In this document: in pieces, positions 21,544 through 33,881 of the stretch | Layout of the letters: the number at the start of each line of letters is the position of its first letter | How positions within the stretch are numbered: the stretch's first letter is position 1 | From: Microcoleus sp. | GTDB lineage: Bacteria > Cyanobacteriota > Cyanobacteriia > Cyanobacteriales > Microcoleaceae | Direction: 5' to 3' | DNA length: 64,000 nt | Assembly: GCA_052279835.1 (NCBI GenBank) | Contig: CP181291.1 | Span: 5,440,001-5,504,000, forward strand | The notes under the pieces: model-generated | The model's input: only the letters and a program-made list of their open reading frames with translations | Database searches by the model: none | Told to the model about the DNA's origin: nothing | Made by a program: the position numbers and the translations under genes

Positions 21544-22086
21544 CTATGACCACCAAGGGGCTTCCCCGGTGCGGAAGTCAGTTTCTGTCCAAGGAGTAAA
21601 AGCCAGCTTGTCATCTGCGACAGTGGCGTGGGCCAGGGCCAGAGACAAAGGTGCTGGACCGCGTACCACTTTGCCCTCACTGTTGTATTGAGAACCGTGG
21701 CAAGGACAGATAAACTTGTTTTCGCTAGCATTCCAAGGTACGACGCAGCCCAAGTGAGTGCAGACTGCATTGATGCCGTATTCGGCAAAAGATGAGTCTT
21801 TTTCCACCACAATATAAGTGGGGTCGCCTTTGAGACCTTGAGCTAGGCTACGATCGCCCGCGGGATGGGAAACCAAATATTCACTGACTACGATGTCGTT
21901 ACCCAGGGCATCTTTAGCTGTTACCCCGCCACCGGCGGCCCCACTCGAAGGAGGAATAAAATAGTTGACAACAGGATAGAGTGCGCCCAGTGCCACACCT
22001 GTGACAGTACCGAACGTCAGCAAATTCATAAATTGGCGACGCCCCATATCGGGGACATCGGGATTTCCAGCAGAAGTTTGAGCCAT
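21544..22086 (-). CDS. petC: Cytochrome b6f Rieske iron-sulfur subunit
   Basis: RRQFMN Tat signal, CTHLGC and CPCHGS; start MAQTS. Confidence 0.98.
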   Translation of the reverse strand: MAQTSAGNPDVPDMGRRQFMNLLTFGTVTGVALGALYPVVNYFIPPSSGAAGGGVTAKDALGNDIVVSEYLVSHPAGDRSLAQGLKGDPTYIVVEKDSSFAEYGINAVCTHLGCVVPWNASENKFICPCHGSQYNSEGKVVRGPAPLSLALAHATVADDKLAFTPWTETDFRTGEAPWWS

Positions 22087-22299
22087 GACCTGCCTTTGCG
22101 TTTTTAAGTTACGTTTGTTTGCGAGCTGTAGCTGTGAATCTGTTACGTGCAGACAACGGCAATCATTGCGGTCTGCTTTCACTTTCATCTCGGCTGTGAA
22201 AATTCCTTTTAAGAATGCAGCTTCCAGCCTTTATTAGAGTATTATTACATTTTTTGAACTTTGTCTTTTATTGTTTAAGAAATTCACTCAGGAGAAACC

Positions 22300-22617
22300 A
22301 TGACGGGCAAGGATTTACACCAGCTATTAATACAAAAATGGGGAAAATCTTACGATATCAGATTGCGGCGGACGCGGGGCAAGATTTTTGTCCAAGTTAT
22401 GTGGAAGTATCTGGAACAGGTGTCTTTCCCGATGACGGAGGCTGATTATTTTGAGCATTTAGACGCAGTGGCCAATTACCTCAACGGCTGGGGAAGCAGC
22501 GCCCAGGTGAGAGAGTATATTGAAACTACTCGCGATCGCCCCCGTTTGGGCAAAGCTGTCAGCGTCCCTCTAGATTTGGGGGAAAGAGCCTCGGAGTGGC
22601 TGCTGGACGAGTTTTGA
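22300..22617 (+). CDS. DUF3067 family protein
   Basis: KWGKSYD...QVMWKYLEQVSFP...RPRLGKAVS. Confidence 0.85.
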   Translation: MTGKDLHQLLIQKWGKSYDIRLRRTRGKIFVQVMWKYLEQVSFPMTEADYFEHLDAVANYLNGWGSSAQVREYIETTRDRPRLGKAVSVPLDLGERASEWLLDEF

Positions 22618-22845
22618 ATCAGTTATTAGTCAGTAGTCAGCAGTCATTAGTAAGTACCGATCTACACAGCCGACAGCAGTTACACAATTGTACGCGCGAT
22701 CGGATACCTGTGGGCCAAACGGGGCGATCGCTCCCGATCTAGCAGTCCCGACAGCACCCTTTACCAAAATCTCAGACATAAAATCAGCATCAATTTCACA
22801 TACAATGAGTTTCAGATATCCCGTGAAATTTAGGAGAATGTTGTA

Positions 22846-23154
22846 ATGGGTGTTGCAGTTGGAATGGTTGAAGTCTTAGGACTTCCTGCTGCGGTAGAAG
22901 TTGCGGACTCAATGGTGAAAGCAGCCCGCGTTACTTTAGTTCGCTATGAGAAAATCACCCGTGCTTACTGGACAATTATAGTTCGAGGAGATATATCGGA
23001 AGTACAAGCCGCCGTTGCTGCGGGGATTGAATCAGTTAAAAAGGTCGATGGTGGAAAGTTGCTATCGTATCATATTATTGCTCGTCCCCACGAAAATCTG
23101 GATTACATTTTGCCCATCGGTTACACCCCAGAGGTTGAACAGTTCCGAATGTAG
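22846..23154 (+). CDS. ccmK: Carboxysome shell BMC-H protein, stand-alone CcmK paralog
   Basis: AVGMVE...[13 protein letters not shown]...[10 protein letters not shown]...EVEQFR. Confidence 0.88.
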   Translation: MGVAVGMVEVLGLPAAVEVADSMVKAARVTLVRYEKITRAYWTIIVRGDISEVQAAVAAGIESVKKVDGGKLLSYHIIARPHENLDYILPIGYTPEVEQFRM

Positions 23155-23283
23155 TTAAGGTTTTAGCAAAACTTTGATGTGGAATTTTAACATTTACTAT
23201 TATAGAGACGCGGGCGATCGCATCTCTATAATTTTTAGACCAATAATTTAAAATTAGCAATTAACCATTAGCAATTTGGATGA

Positions 23284-24231
23284 CTACCAGTCTGCAAACT
23301 TATCTGTTGCCTCGATTAAACAGGTGCGAATTCCCGGTTCGCTCATCGAATGCCCAGAATCAGGAACTACAATAAATTCAGCTTCAGGCCAAGCACGATG
23401 CAGTTCCCACGCCGATATCATCGGACAAACAACATCATATCTTCCCTGAACGATAACCGCCGGAATCTTGCGGATGCGATCGATATTTACAAGCAATTTA
23501 TCTTCCGGCTCTATAAATCCCTTGTTAATAAAATAATGGCACTCAATTCTGGCAAACGCCTCCGCAAAAGCATCAATTCCAAAGCTGTTTTGTATATCTA
23601 AATCTGGAAATAACTTACTCGTACTCCCTTCCCAAATTGACCAAGCACGAGCCGCTTCTAATCTAATTTGAGCATCTGGACTCGTCAAGCGTTGATAATA
23701 AGCTGTTAGCAGATCGTGCCTTTCATTTATAGGGATTGGTTTAACATATTCCTCCCAAGCATCCGGGAAAATATAACTTGCACCTTCCTGATAAAACCAG
23801 CGAATTTCTTTTTTTCTCAACATAAAAATACCGCGCAAGATTAAACCTTTACAACGGTCGGGATGGGTTTGACTGTAAGCTAAAGATAGAGTGCTTCCCC
23901 AACTACCACCAAAAACAACCCATTGCTGAATATTTAAATATTCTCGAAGTTTCTCAATATCGTTGACTAAATCCCAAGTTGTATTTTCTTGCAATTCTGC
24001 ATGAGGTTTACTTTGACCGCACCCTCGTTGGTCAAACATGACCAAACGCCATTTTTGCGGGTCAAAATATTGTCTGTAAAAAGGCGGACATCCACCTCCA
24101 GGACCCCCGTGTAGCAATACAATAGGTTTTCCCTCTGGGTTGCCTGACTCTTCAAAATGAATGGTATGGAGATCAGAAACTTTGAGTTTTCCTTCGTGAT
24201 AAGGTAGTCTTGGCGGGTAAAGTTCTCGCAT
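23284..24231 (-). CDS. pip: Prolyl aminopeptidase (proline iminopeptidase)
   Basis: HGGPGGG, GGSWG, GRYDVVCP, SGHS. Confidence 0.95.
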   Translation of the reverse strand: MRELYPPRLPYHEGKLKVSDLHTIHFEESGNPEGKPIVLLHGGPGGGCPPFYRQYFDPQKWRLVMFDQRGCGQSKPHAELQENTTWDLVNDIEKLREYLNIQQWVVFGGSWGSTLSLAYSQTHPDRCKGLILRGIFMLRKKEIRWFYQEGASYIFPDAWEEYVKPIPINERHDLLTAYYQRLTSPDAQIRLEAARAWSIWEGSTSKLFPDLDIQNSFGIDAFAEAFARIECHYFINKGFIEPEDKLLVNIDRIRKIPAVIVQGRYDVVCPMISAWELHRAWPEAEFIVVPDSGHSMSEPGIRTCLIEATDKFADW

Positions 24232-24281
24232 TTTTTCAATTATTCATAATTAGAACGTGTTTATTTTACATCATTAAGAAA

Positions 24282-25112
24282 TCAGCGTCCTAAAAGCTTC
24301 ACCAAACCTATTCCTCCAAAGTAAAGAGCTAGCACCGCACCTCCCAAAAGACTTTGAGTCAAAGGGTCAGTTGAAGGCGTTAATACAGCTCCCAAAACCG
24401 CCGCTCCCAAGATTACATAGCGCCAACCAGACAACATTTGCTTAGAAGAAACTATCCCTAAAATACCTAGTAAAACTTGGACGATCGGAATTTGAAACGC
24501 TAAGCCGGTGCTGAACATTAATAATAAAACAAATTCAAAGTATTTGTCGATCGACCATAATTGCTCTACCACATCAGCCCCATAGGTGACAAAGAAGTTC
24601 AGCGCCGCCGGAATCAAAGCGATGTAAGCAAAGACTAACCCACCTAAAAACAGGAAGCTAGAACCGAAGAAAACAGGGCCGAGTAACCCCCGTTCTTTGC
24701 GAGTTAAGCCTGGGAGCACAAATAACGCTATTTGGTAAAAAATAAACGGACTGGCGATTAACAAACCGCTGTAACCAGCCACTTTGATCGAGACAAAGAA
24801 ATACTCTCCGGGAGCTAGTTGCAAAAATTTGACTGCTCCTGCTGGTACTTCTAGCAATTTAACGATCGGTCTCACATATAAAAAGCAGCCGACAATACCA
24901 ATTACTACTGCAATTAGTGCATAGAAAATTCGCAGCCGCAATTCTTCTAAATGATCGAACAAAGACATCTCAACTTCGTCGGGGAGTTCGTCGAGAAATT
25001 CGTTTTCCAAGTTGCGAGTACGGATTGCACCGTCGCCGATTGGTGCAATGCTGGGTTCGATGTTGTTGTCGGAACCTACTTCGGATGTCTCCAAGTCTGA
25101 GGGGGCTGTCAT
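24282..25112 (-). CDS. tatC: Twin-arginine translocase subunit TatC
   Basis: [33 protein letters not shown]; start MTAPSD. Confidence 0.96.
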   Translation of the reverse strand: MTAPSDLETSEVGSDNNIEPSIAPIGDGAIRTRNLENEFLDELPDEVEMSLFDHLEELRLRIFYALIAVVIGIVGCFLYVRPIVKLLEVPAGAVKFLQLAPGEYFFVSIKVAGYSGLLIASPFIFYQIALFVLPGLTRKERGLLGPVFFGSSFLFLGGLVFAYIALIPAALNFFVTYGADVVEQLWSIDKYFEFVLLLMFSTGLAFQIPIVQVLLGILGIVSSKQMLSGWRYVILGAAVLGAVLTPSTDPLTQSLLGGAVLALYFGGIGLVKLLGR

Positions 25113-25258
25113 AGGGAATGGCGAATTGGTAATGGGGAATCGGGAATCGGGAATCGGGAATCGAGAATCGACCCTAAAAGTATTGGTCTTGATTATTATA
25201 ACCAACAACAAACAACTAACAACTAATAACTACTGACTAAGGACTACTGACTTCTTCT

Positions 25259-26203
25259 TTATTCAATGACGATCGCAATTTTGCCAACGGCGCGCCCCGT
25301 TTCGCTGTAAGCGTGGGCTGCTGCTACTTCTTCGAGGCTGTAAGTGCGATCGACAATCGGCTCAACTTGACCAGACTCGATTAATTCCCGCAAACTCCCT
25401 AAAGCGCTGTGATTAGCGTTAGCTACAATTAATTTAGCTTTTTTGCCAGACATAAACAAGCTTAAAAACATCGGCGCAAGGTTCTCGAAACTGGGCAAAG
25501 TCGAAATATAAACTCCCTCCGTTTGCAACACGTTTTCGCAGTCATCAAAGTTTTTTTTGCCGACAGCATCCAAGATTATATCATACTTTTGTATTTGTTG
25601 AGTAAAGTCAACTTCAGCATAATCCAGAACAATATCTGCTCCCAAATTCTGCACAAAATTTAGATTCTTGGCACTGCAAACTCCTGTAACTTCCGCCTTC
25701 ATCGCTTTCGCAATTTGGACTGCAAAAATGCCAACTCCGCCGGAAGCACCATTAATCAATACTTTTTTTCCAGCTTGAATTTCACCCAAATCCCGGAGTG
25801 CTTGCAAAGCAGTTAAACCTGCAATTGGTACTGCTGCTGCTTCCGCATGAGTAACGTTTTGAGGTTTAATTGCCGCAGTAGATTCTGGTACAGCGCAGTA
25901 TTGGGCACAAGCGCCACCACTCAGCGGATTTAAGAAAGTATAAATCTCGTCTCCCGGTTGAAATCGGGTGACATCTTGACCAACTTCCACTACAACTCCA
26001 GATATGTCTGAACCGACAATGCGAGGAAAGTTAAATCCTGACAATAGTTGCAGGTGTCCTTGCCGGATTTTCCAGTCTACGGGGTTGACGCTGCTAGCGC
26101 GAACTTGCACTAGCAATTGATCTGGTTTGATGGTTGGCTGTTCCACTTCTCGGTATTGCAATACCTCAATGTCGCCGTAGCGATCGAAGACAACTGCTTG
26201 CAT
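25259..26203 (-). CDS. NAD(P)-dependent medium-chain dehydrogenase / quinone oxidoreductase
   Basis: SVNPVDWK, INGASGGVG, GRAVGKI. Confidence 0.9.
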   Translation of the reverse strand: MQAVVFDRYGDIEVLQYREVEQPTIKPDQLLVQVRASSVNPVDWKIRQGHLQLLSGFNFPRIVGSDISGVVVEVGQDVTRFQPGDEIYTFLNPLSGGACAQYCAVPESTAAIKPQNVTHAEAAAVPIAGLTALQALRDLGEIQAGKKVLINGASGGVGIFAVQIAKAMKAEVTGVCSAKNLNFVQNLGADIVLDYAEVDFTQQIQKYDIILDAVGKKNFDDCENVLQTEGVYISTLPSFENLAPMFLSLFMSGKKAKLIVANANHSALGSLRELIESGQVEPIVDRTYSLEEVAAAHAYSETGRAVGKIAIVIE

Positions 26204-26503
26204 GGCTATTTTTTAGATTTATTTCAAATATAACGCTCTATCCTGTAGGATTATTATATAGCTATTCTCTTTCGTTTGTGAACAAGATTTTTGTTTTTTT
26301 ACCGCAGAGGGCGCAGAGAGCGCAGAGAGCGAGAAAAGATAGAGATAGAGATCGTGTGTTTTGAGATTGTTAATATAAAGTACCTCTAAAGACTCACTGT
26401 TAAACTTTGGATATTTGCGCTAATTTATCACTTTAGCCAGAGGTTGAGCAAAATCTCAATGATTTATCTTTAAAATAACCAGATAGTCTGAGGCAATTTG
26501 ATT

Positions 26504-27601
26504 ATGACAACAAATAATAGAATCCCAACAAAACGAGTTGCCATACTCATTGAAAATGGAGTTGAGGATTCGGAGTTTCTAGTTCCTTATAATGCCTTAA
26601 AACAGGCCAATTTTGATGTGGTGGTCCTTGGTTCCCGCACTAATGAAAAGTATGCAGGGAAACAGGGCAAATTATCCATGCAAGCTGACGGAACTACTAC
26701 TGAAGCAGTAGCGACAGAATTTGATGCAGTGGTAATTCCTGGCGGTATGGCTCCCGATACTATGCGGACTAATCCGAATACCGTGGGATTTGTCAAAGAA
26801 GCTTTTGAAGCAGGAAAAATTGTGGCTGCTGTTTGTCACGGACCACAACTTTTGATTGAAGCTGATTTGCTAAAAGGCAAAAACGCCACTGGTTTTTTGG
26901 CAATTAAAACTGACATGATTAATGCGGGTGCTAACTACATTAATGAAAGTTTAGTCATTGACGGCAATTTAATTACTTCCCGGCAACCAGGAGATTTAGC
27001 AATATTTACCACTGCAATTTTATCTCGACTTGGTTACGGTGGCAAGGAAGTCGGTTTGCCAGAAGAAACTGACACTAATGCAGAATGGTGGAAATTAGCT
27101 AATGCCTGGGGTGGTTCCACCCAAGGTGATATTGTTAAAGGCTTGAATACTGCCTTGGCTGGGGAACGCTATGCTTGTGAAGCTTTTGCAAATTATGCTG
27201 AAAAAACGCAAGATAGCGAATTGCGATCGCTCCTGACGGAAATGATTCAAAATAAACAACACCACATCATCGCCCTAGAAAGTCGTCTTAACGATTTCGG
27301 CGAAAAACCTTCGATTCCCGCCCAAATTGCTGATAAATACGCGAAGTTAAAAGCCTCTGTGCAAGGCACAGATGAACTGTTCTTGCTACGCAGCACTCTG
27401 GGGGATTTACAAACAGGGGTTGTCGATATCAACCACCTACGGGCTAAGTTTACCGATCCGGTATCAACTGCCATTTTTACAGAGATACAATCAGATTTGT
27501 CTAAATGCGAGCAAGCCGTTGCTAAAGTCTACCGCGCCCACGCTCTTTCCCAGGAAATTAAAGCTCCTAAACCTTCTACTAGCCCCGCTGTAAAAATGTA
27601 A
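26504..27601 (+). CDS. DJ-1/PfpI protein fused to a ferritin-like C-terminal domain
   Basis: VIPGG, AVCHGP, ITSRQPGD; helical C-terminus with E..H pattern. Confidence 0.85.
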   Translation: MTTNNRIPTKRVAILIENGVEDSEFLVPYNALKQANFDVVVLGSRTNEKYAGKQGKLSMQADGTTTEAVATEFDAVVIPGGMAPDTMRTNPNTVGFVKEAFEAGKIVAAVCHGPQLLIEADLLKGKNATGFLAIKTDMINAGANYINESLVIDGNLITSRQPGDLAIFTTAILSRLGYGGKEVGLPEETDTNAEWWKLANAWGGSTQGDIVKGLNTALAGERYACEAFANYAEKTQDSELRSLLTEMIQNKQHHIIALESRLNDFGEKPSIPAQIADKYAKLKASVQGTDELFLLRSTLGDLQTGVVDINHLRAKFTDPVSTAIFTEIQSDLSKCEQAVAKVYRAHALSQEIKAPKPSTSPAVKM

Positions 27602-27618
27602 TCCGCACGCGGTTAAAT

Positions 27619-27670
27619 AAGTTTGCAGTTGCACGTAATCAGAAATGAGTCAACGCGCAACTGCAAACTT
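27619..27670. terminator. Inverted repeat after the DJ-1/PfpI gene
   Basis: AAGTTTGCAGTTGC...GCAACTGCAAACTT. Confidence 0.5.
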
Positions 27671-27767
27671 GTGCTGTAAAAAATTAAATTTACTGATTTC
27701 AGGTAAAATAAAACCTAAGACTGAAAAGCAGGTACTCAAATAACCACACGGTGGAGGGTTTTATTCA

Positions 27768-29253
27768 ATGGGTTCTATATTCGTTTCAGCCGGACATGGC
27801 GGCTTTGAAGGAAATCAGCGCGATCCAGGCGCAATGGCTTTTGGTACAACCGAAGCCCAGGAACTTATGCTAATTCGGGATTTATTAGTACCTGAATTGC
27901 GGCAGCGAGGCATCGAAACTTTCTCAGTACCAGATACTCTGAGTTTAGTGCAAACTATCGCTTGGATCAACGACCGCTGTCGCGCGGGAGATGTCGCTCT
28001 AGAAATGCACGCTGATGCTTTTTCTAATCCCCAGGTTCGCGGTTCCAGTGTGTTTTATATTGGTAGCAACCCTAAGCGCAAAGCAGATGCTGATTTAATC
28101 TTAAATGGCTATTTGCGACGTCTTCCAGGTATGGTCAGTCGCGGTTCAAAAGCAGACACTGAGGCCGGTGTTGGTAGTTTGGGATTTTGTCGGCGAGTGG
28201 CCATCCCTTCTCTGCTGATAGAAACTCGGTTTTTTGACTAATCCCGACGACTTGCGAACGTTTCAAACTCGTCGCCGCGATGTTGCTCTCGGATTGGCTG
28301 ATGGACTCGAAGCTTGGTTAAAAAATACGGGTTTGAAACCCTTACCTACACCCACACCCACACCTGCGCCCACACCCACACCAAAACCCACACCCACACC
28401 TGCACCTACACCCGCAACCATAACCACACCCACACCTCCACCCACACCTACACCTCCACCCACACCCACACCTACACCTCCACCCACACCCATAAGTTAT
28501 CCACCAATTAATATCAACATTAACGGTGAACCCCACGAAGAGAAAGGTATTTTGGTGAATGGAAATGCTTTTGTTCCGTCAGAAGTTCTGGATATTTTTG
28601 ATATCGAACCTGCTGCTCTGGATCGGCGGATTACCTATAATGGAATAGTATTTGTGCGAGCGATCGATTTGCGCGATCGCGATATTGCCGTAGCCTGGGA
28701 TCAGTCCACAACCTCTGTGTCATTGCGATCGCGCCGCGATATCCTTTCAGGAGTGGGAAAAATCATGAATCGCGGTCAAACTACTGCCCAACAAATGACA
28801 GTATTCCTGACCAAAAACAACAGCAAAGCCCTGACCCAATTTCCCAATTTACCTCAAATTTATATCCAAGAAGCAGCGGCAGAAAGCGTCAACCATGACC
28901 TAGCATTTTGCCAAATGTGTGTAGAAACAAATTTTCTCAATTTTGGCGGTTCTGTCAAACCTGAACAATTTAACTTTGCCGACATGGGAGTCATCAACGC
29001 AACCAGTTCCGGCCTCTCCTTTCCCGATGCCCGGACAGGAGTCAGAGCTCACATTCAGCATCTCAAAGCCTACGGTAGCACAGAACCAATCAACCAACCT
29101 TTAGTTAAAGAAAACGTGCGTTTTAAGTTTGTCAAGCGGGGTGTCGCCCCCACGGTGAATGAATTGGTAGGACGATGGAATGCCGACCCCCAATACGCCC
29201 AAACAATCCTGAATACAATCCGGTTGTTGTATGAAAATGCTGGTTTGTTATAA
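27768..29253 (+). pseudogene. tftA: Amidase_3 plus glucosaminidase-like protein with a PT-rich linker (TftA-like), frameshifted near 28224
   Basis: IFVSAGHGG...DPG...TTEA, ALEMHAD; C-terminal LAFCQMCVETNFL, AHIQHLKAY; the E-x-GFLTNP motif is split across frames. Confidence 0.75.
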
Positions 29254-29421
29254 CTGAGATCTTGCACGAATATCAAGAACAGGCAAGATGCCTGTTCTAC
29301 AAAAAGTTAATTTTCTTTCTCGTTTCTCGTTACCAGGCTCTGCCTGGTAACGCAGATCCAGAGGCTTCGCCTCAACTAAAAAAAAGTTTCAGATGTTAAT
29401 TTTAAATCCCTCAATATAATT

Positions 29422-31452
29422 ATGGTTTCCAACAGTATCAGCTTCTCGGACATTCAAAATCATTGGGCGAGACAATTCATTGAAGGCTTAATGGAACGAG
29501 CAATTGTCAGCGGTTTGCCCGATCGCACTTTCAGTCCTAACACTAACTTAACCCGCGCCCAATTTGCCACCATAGTCAGCAAAGCATTTCCCACACCAGA
29601 CAAACAAATATACCTGCCCTTTGCCGACGTTCCCACTACCTACTGGGCAGCACCAGCCATTCAAACAGCATTTAAAAGAGGCTTTATATCTGGCTATCCC
29701 AACAATTTATTTAAACCAGAAAATAAAATTACCAGAGTCGAGGGATTCTTGGCTTTAGTCAGCGGTATTTTCGATGCAAATGCTGTACTACCGACTAATA
29801 TTTTCCTATCCAACATCTATCAAGATAGCACAGAAATTCCCAACTACGCCAAAAGAGCGATCGCCATCGCAACTCAATCAGAAATAGTCGTCAATTATCC
29901 CAACTTAAAATTATTAAATCCCGCTGGCTACGCCACACGAGCCGATGTTTGCGCCTGGGTTTATCAAGCATTAGTTTATTTAAAAAAAGCGCCCAAAATT
30001 ACCTCACAATACATCGTAACTATCGGCAAAACTCCCCCACCACCACTACCAACAGTTCAAGTCAGTCATCAGCGAGAATTTCGCGCAGCCTGGGTAACAA
30101 CTGTCTGGAATATTGACTGGCCATCCAGCGCCAAACTCTCAACGGAACAGCAAAAAAACGAACTGCTGAAAATACTTGATAGATTAGCAGACATGAATTT
30201 TAATGCTGTCATCCTTCAAATCCGACCAGCGGGAGATGCCCTTTACGCATCAGAATTAGAACCTTGGAGTGCTTGGCTGACAGGAACCCAAGGAAAGCCC
30301 CCCCAACCCTATTATGACCCTTTAGAATTTGCCATTACTGAAAGCCACAAACGCAACATAGAAGTTCATGCTTGGTTAAATCCCTACCGCGCCAAAGTTT
30401 CTAGCAAAACCCCCGCCACCGTCAGCCCTCACATCTCGGTAACTAATCCCGAATGCGTGTATGCTTGGGGCGATCAAATGTGGATGGACCCCGGAATTGC
30501 GACAGTTCAAGACCGGACTTACAAGGTAATTATAGACATAGTTAAACGCTATGATATAGATGGTATTCACTTCGACGATTACTTCTATCCTTATCCGATT
30601 GCGGGCAAAGATTTTCCTGACAGCAAAACTTATAATAATTATCGATCGCAAGGAGGGAAACTGAGTCTGGGAGACTGGCGTAGGGAAAATGTCAATAGCT
30701 TAATTAAAAGAGTAGCAGAAGGCATTAAATCCACCAAATCTCATGTTAAATTTGGCATCAGTCCCTTCGGCATTTATCGCCCTGGACAACCACCGGGAAG
30801 TCGCGGTTTAGATACTTACGAAGAACTTTATGCTGACTCGAAAAAATGGTTAGAATTAGGCTGGGTAGATTACCTAACTCCGCAACTTTACTGGCGCATA
30901 GACGAAACTGCTCAAAGTTATCCAATGCTGTTAAATTGGTGGGTAGCAAACAACCCTAAACAAAAACATATTTACGCTGGAAACAACTTAGGCTTACTTG
31001 ACGGTAATAAGTGGACGGTTGCCGAAATCAACAAACAAATTCAGATCACGCGCAACCTAGATGAAAAGTTAGCGTTGGGCAATATATTTTTCAGCATGAA
31101 ATCATTTACTGACAATCGCCAGCAAATTTATGATAATTTAAAAGCGACTACCTATGCCAATTTGGCACTGGTTCCGACGATGGCTTGGCTAAAGGGAACT
31201 CCGCCACCTAATCCGACTGGAATTGAAGTCAAAAAAGTGGCAAATAGCTCTGTTTTGAGTTGGAACAATTCAGCCGGAAATAATATCTGCTATTGGACAA
31301 TTTATCAGAAAAATGGTAATAGTTGGAAATTGATGAGAATTCTGAATGCAGAGACAGCAGAAATAGCAATCCAACCGGGAACCTATGCTTTGTGCGCCGT
31401 CAGTAGAATGGCGGTGGAAAGTGCAGGAGTTGTGGTAGTTATTAGTCAATAG
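29422..31452 (+). CDS. SLH-domain protein with a GH10-like (DUF187/GHL10) glycoside hydrolase domain
   Basis: Three SLH repeats; REFRAAWV, HAWLNPYR, DGIHFDDYFYPY, PQLYW. Confidence 0.9.
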   Translation: MVSNSISFSDIQNHWARQFIEGLMERAIVSGLPDRTFSPNTNLTRAQFATIVSKAFPTPDKQIYLPFADVPTTYWAAPAIQTAFKRGFISGYPNNLFKPENKITRVEGFLALVSGIFDANAVLPTNIFLSNIYQDSTEIPNYAKRAIAIATQSEIVVNYPNLKLLNPAGYATRADVCAWVYQALVYLKKAPKITSQYIVTIGKTPPPPLPTVQVSHQREFRAAWVTTVWNIDWPSSAKLSTEQQKNELLKILDRLADMNFNAVILQIRPAGDALYASELEPWSAWLTGTQGKPPQPYYDPLEFAITESHKRNIEVHAWLNPYRAKVSSKTPATVSPHISVTNPECVYAWGDQMWMDPGIATVQDRTYKVIIDIVKRYDIDGIHFDDYFYPYPIAGKDFPDSKTYNNYRSQGGKLSLGDWRRENVNSLIKRVAEGIKSTKSHVKFGISPFGIYRPGQPPGSRGLDTYEELYADSKKWLELGWVDYLTPQLYWRIDETAQSYPMLLNWWVANNPKQKHIYAGNNLGLLDGNKWTVAEINKQIQITRNLDEKLALGNIFFSMKSFTDNRQQIYDNLKATTYANLALVPTMAWLKGTPPPNPTGIEVKKVANSSVLSWNNSAGNNICYWTIYQKNGNSWKLMRILNAETAEIAIQPGTYALCAVSRMAVESAGVVVVISQ

Positions 31453-31610
31453 TAATTGGTAATTGGTAATTGGTAATTGGTAACAACAGACGACAGACAA
31501 CAGTCAACCCTGAACCCTGAACCCTCAGCAATTATCTTCCTCTAGACAGGAGACATCTTGAAAATAGATGTGCTATCGTAGGTTGAATATTTTAATGACA
31601 AAAAAATCCT

Positions 31611-32315
31611 ATGGTTCCTTTGCGCGATGAAAACCCCACACGCATCACTCCCTATGTCACCTATGGACTGATTGCTGCCAATGTGTTAGTATTTTTGTAC
31701 GAATTAACTTTGGGCGATCGCCAATTAACCCAATTTTTCTACTCCTGGGCCGTAGTACCTTGTCAGCTAACTAATATCTGTCGAGTTTCTCTACCCGCTT
31801 CGCCCTTTCCCGAATGGACAACGCTAATTTCTTCCCAATTCCTACACGCAGGCTTTCTCCACGTCGCCGGAAATATGTTATTTCTCTGGATTTTTGGCAA
31901 CAATGTAGAAGACCGTTTAGGACACATAAAGTTTATAATATTTTATCTTACTTGCGGTGTTTTAGCATCCCTAACTCAGTGGTTTTTTGCCTCAGCATCG
32001 GCCATTCCTTCTCTGGGTGCTAGCGGTGCGATCGCAGGTGTCATGGGAGCTTATATTCTACGATATCCCCAAGCCAAAGTTCTAACATTACTCCCCTTGG
32101 GAATCTTTATTACTACTGTCAGAATACCTGCTTTCTTTTTTCTAGGATTTTGGTTTGTACAACAGGCGTTTAACGGCCTTGCTTCCTTGAATGCGCCCGC
32201 TAATGTGGGTATGGAATCTGGGGGAGTTGCCTACTGGGCCCATGCTGGTGGGTTTGTTTTTGGTGCTATTCTTGGCCCTTTGTTGGGGCTGTTTTCTGAA
32301 GATAATGAGATTTAG
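31611..32315 (+). CDS. Rhomboid intramembrane serine protease
   Basis: HVAGNMLFL, GASGA, AHAGG. Confidence 0.95.
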   Translation: MVPLRDENPTRITPYVTYGLIAANVLVFLYELTLGDRQLTQFFYSWAVVPCQLTNICRVSLPASPFPEWTTLISSQFLHAGFLHVAGNMLFLWIFGNNVEDRLGHIKFIIFYLTCGVLASLTQWFFASASAIPSLGASGAIAGVMGAYILRYPQAKVLTLLPLGIFITTVRIPAFFFLGFWFVQQAFNGLASLNAPANVGMESGGVAYWAHAGGFVFGAILGPLLGLFSEDNEI

Positions 32316-33881
32316 TGATTAGTTAGTAGTTATATCATTTCCGGTTGTATCGGAATGATTTAACCACAGAGAGCGCAGAGAACACAGAGAGATCTCAGAG
32401 AGATGAATAATTCTGCTGAAGAGAGGATTTGATATTATTGGTTATTTGTGATTTGCAGGCTCAAGCAAATAACCAATAACCAGTAACCACTAACTAATGA
32501 CTTTGTTTCTAGATGAAAGTAAAGTCAAATCCTGACAAAGAAGAAACGCCTGTTACACCGTTTAACTTCGCCAAAATCCGAGAATCACTGCCAGTGACAT
32601 TATTGCCATTGCCATCATAAATGATGTAAGTGTTGCCACCAGTGTCATAGGCAAATAAGAATGCTGTTCCTCCTAAAATATTAGATGAAACTGTTGTTTG
32701 CACGGGGAGTAAAACTTGGTTGGTGCTGCTGACATTCCCGAATCCGGGGGCAAAATTAAACTGATCGGCGATCGGCACTCCCAGACCAGTAAAATCTGTA
32801 ATTAAATCGTATCCACCTGCGGCGATCGCAGCATTGATTGCTGCGGAAGAAGCAGCATCAAACACCGGCCCTCCTGAATCAGGACTGGTATACCGGAATT
32901 GATTGCTACCACCGCCACCAGTCATAGTATCGACCCCTGGGCCACCTATGAGTACGTCGTTATCCACACCGCCGTTAATCGTATCGTTGCCACCTCTACC
33001 GTCGATCGTATCGCTGCCGGCCAAACCGTTAAAATTATCAGCCAAAGAGCCGCCAATTAGATTGTTTGGCCCGCTATCTCCTGGCAAGATTTGAACGCTG
33101 ACAACACCGGTGCCTGGAGTTGTGCCGAATCCGTCGCTGATGTTGTAGCTAAAAGTAGTGCTACCGGGTACATTACCGGGGATGAATTGCACCTGAGACA
33201 CAAGATTTACGGCTATCCCCAGTTTCGGTGTGCCGACATTGATGATGTTGAGTTTCCCATTTTTCGGGCTGACATCGTTGGCTAGCACGTCGATGAATGT
33301 GGGTAGCAAATTGTTCGTATTTGTGAATACGATGCCGTCATCAACTGCGATCGGACTTAGGTTAGTTGGAGTAGTTACCGAAGTATTGAAAGAATTGATG
33401 TTAATTGCGACTGCTGCTGCTGCTGTGCCACCCTGTTCATCAGTGACGCTGTAGCTGAAAGATCCAGCTTGTCCGATGACATCTGTTGCGGGTGTGAAAT
33501 TCAGTCCGACTAATTCTTGAACGGTCAATTTTTGGTTGACGGCGATCGGGATTGTGCCGGTAACGACTAAACCGAATTTAGGATTTGGCAGTTGGGTTAC
33601 AGTGGCTGACAGAGACTGACCCTCCGGGTCACTAGGGGCAGAAATGCTTAGAGACAGAGGCAAATTCTGGAAACCCGTTATCGTTTTGCCACTTTCGACG
33701 ATGGGCGGCTGGTTAGGAGTTGGTGATGGAAAAGCCGGCGGAGTTGGACTCGGCAAAGTGGGAGTTGGGACAATGGAAGAATTCGGAGTCGGACTTGGAC
33801 TCGGACTTGGACTCGGACTCGGACTTGGAACCAGTGTTGGTAATGTTCCTGGTGTCGGACTCGCGGTTGTCCCTGCTGATG

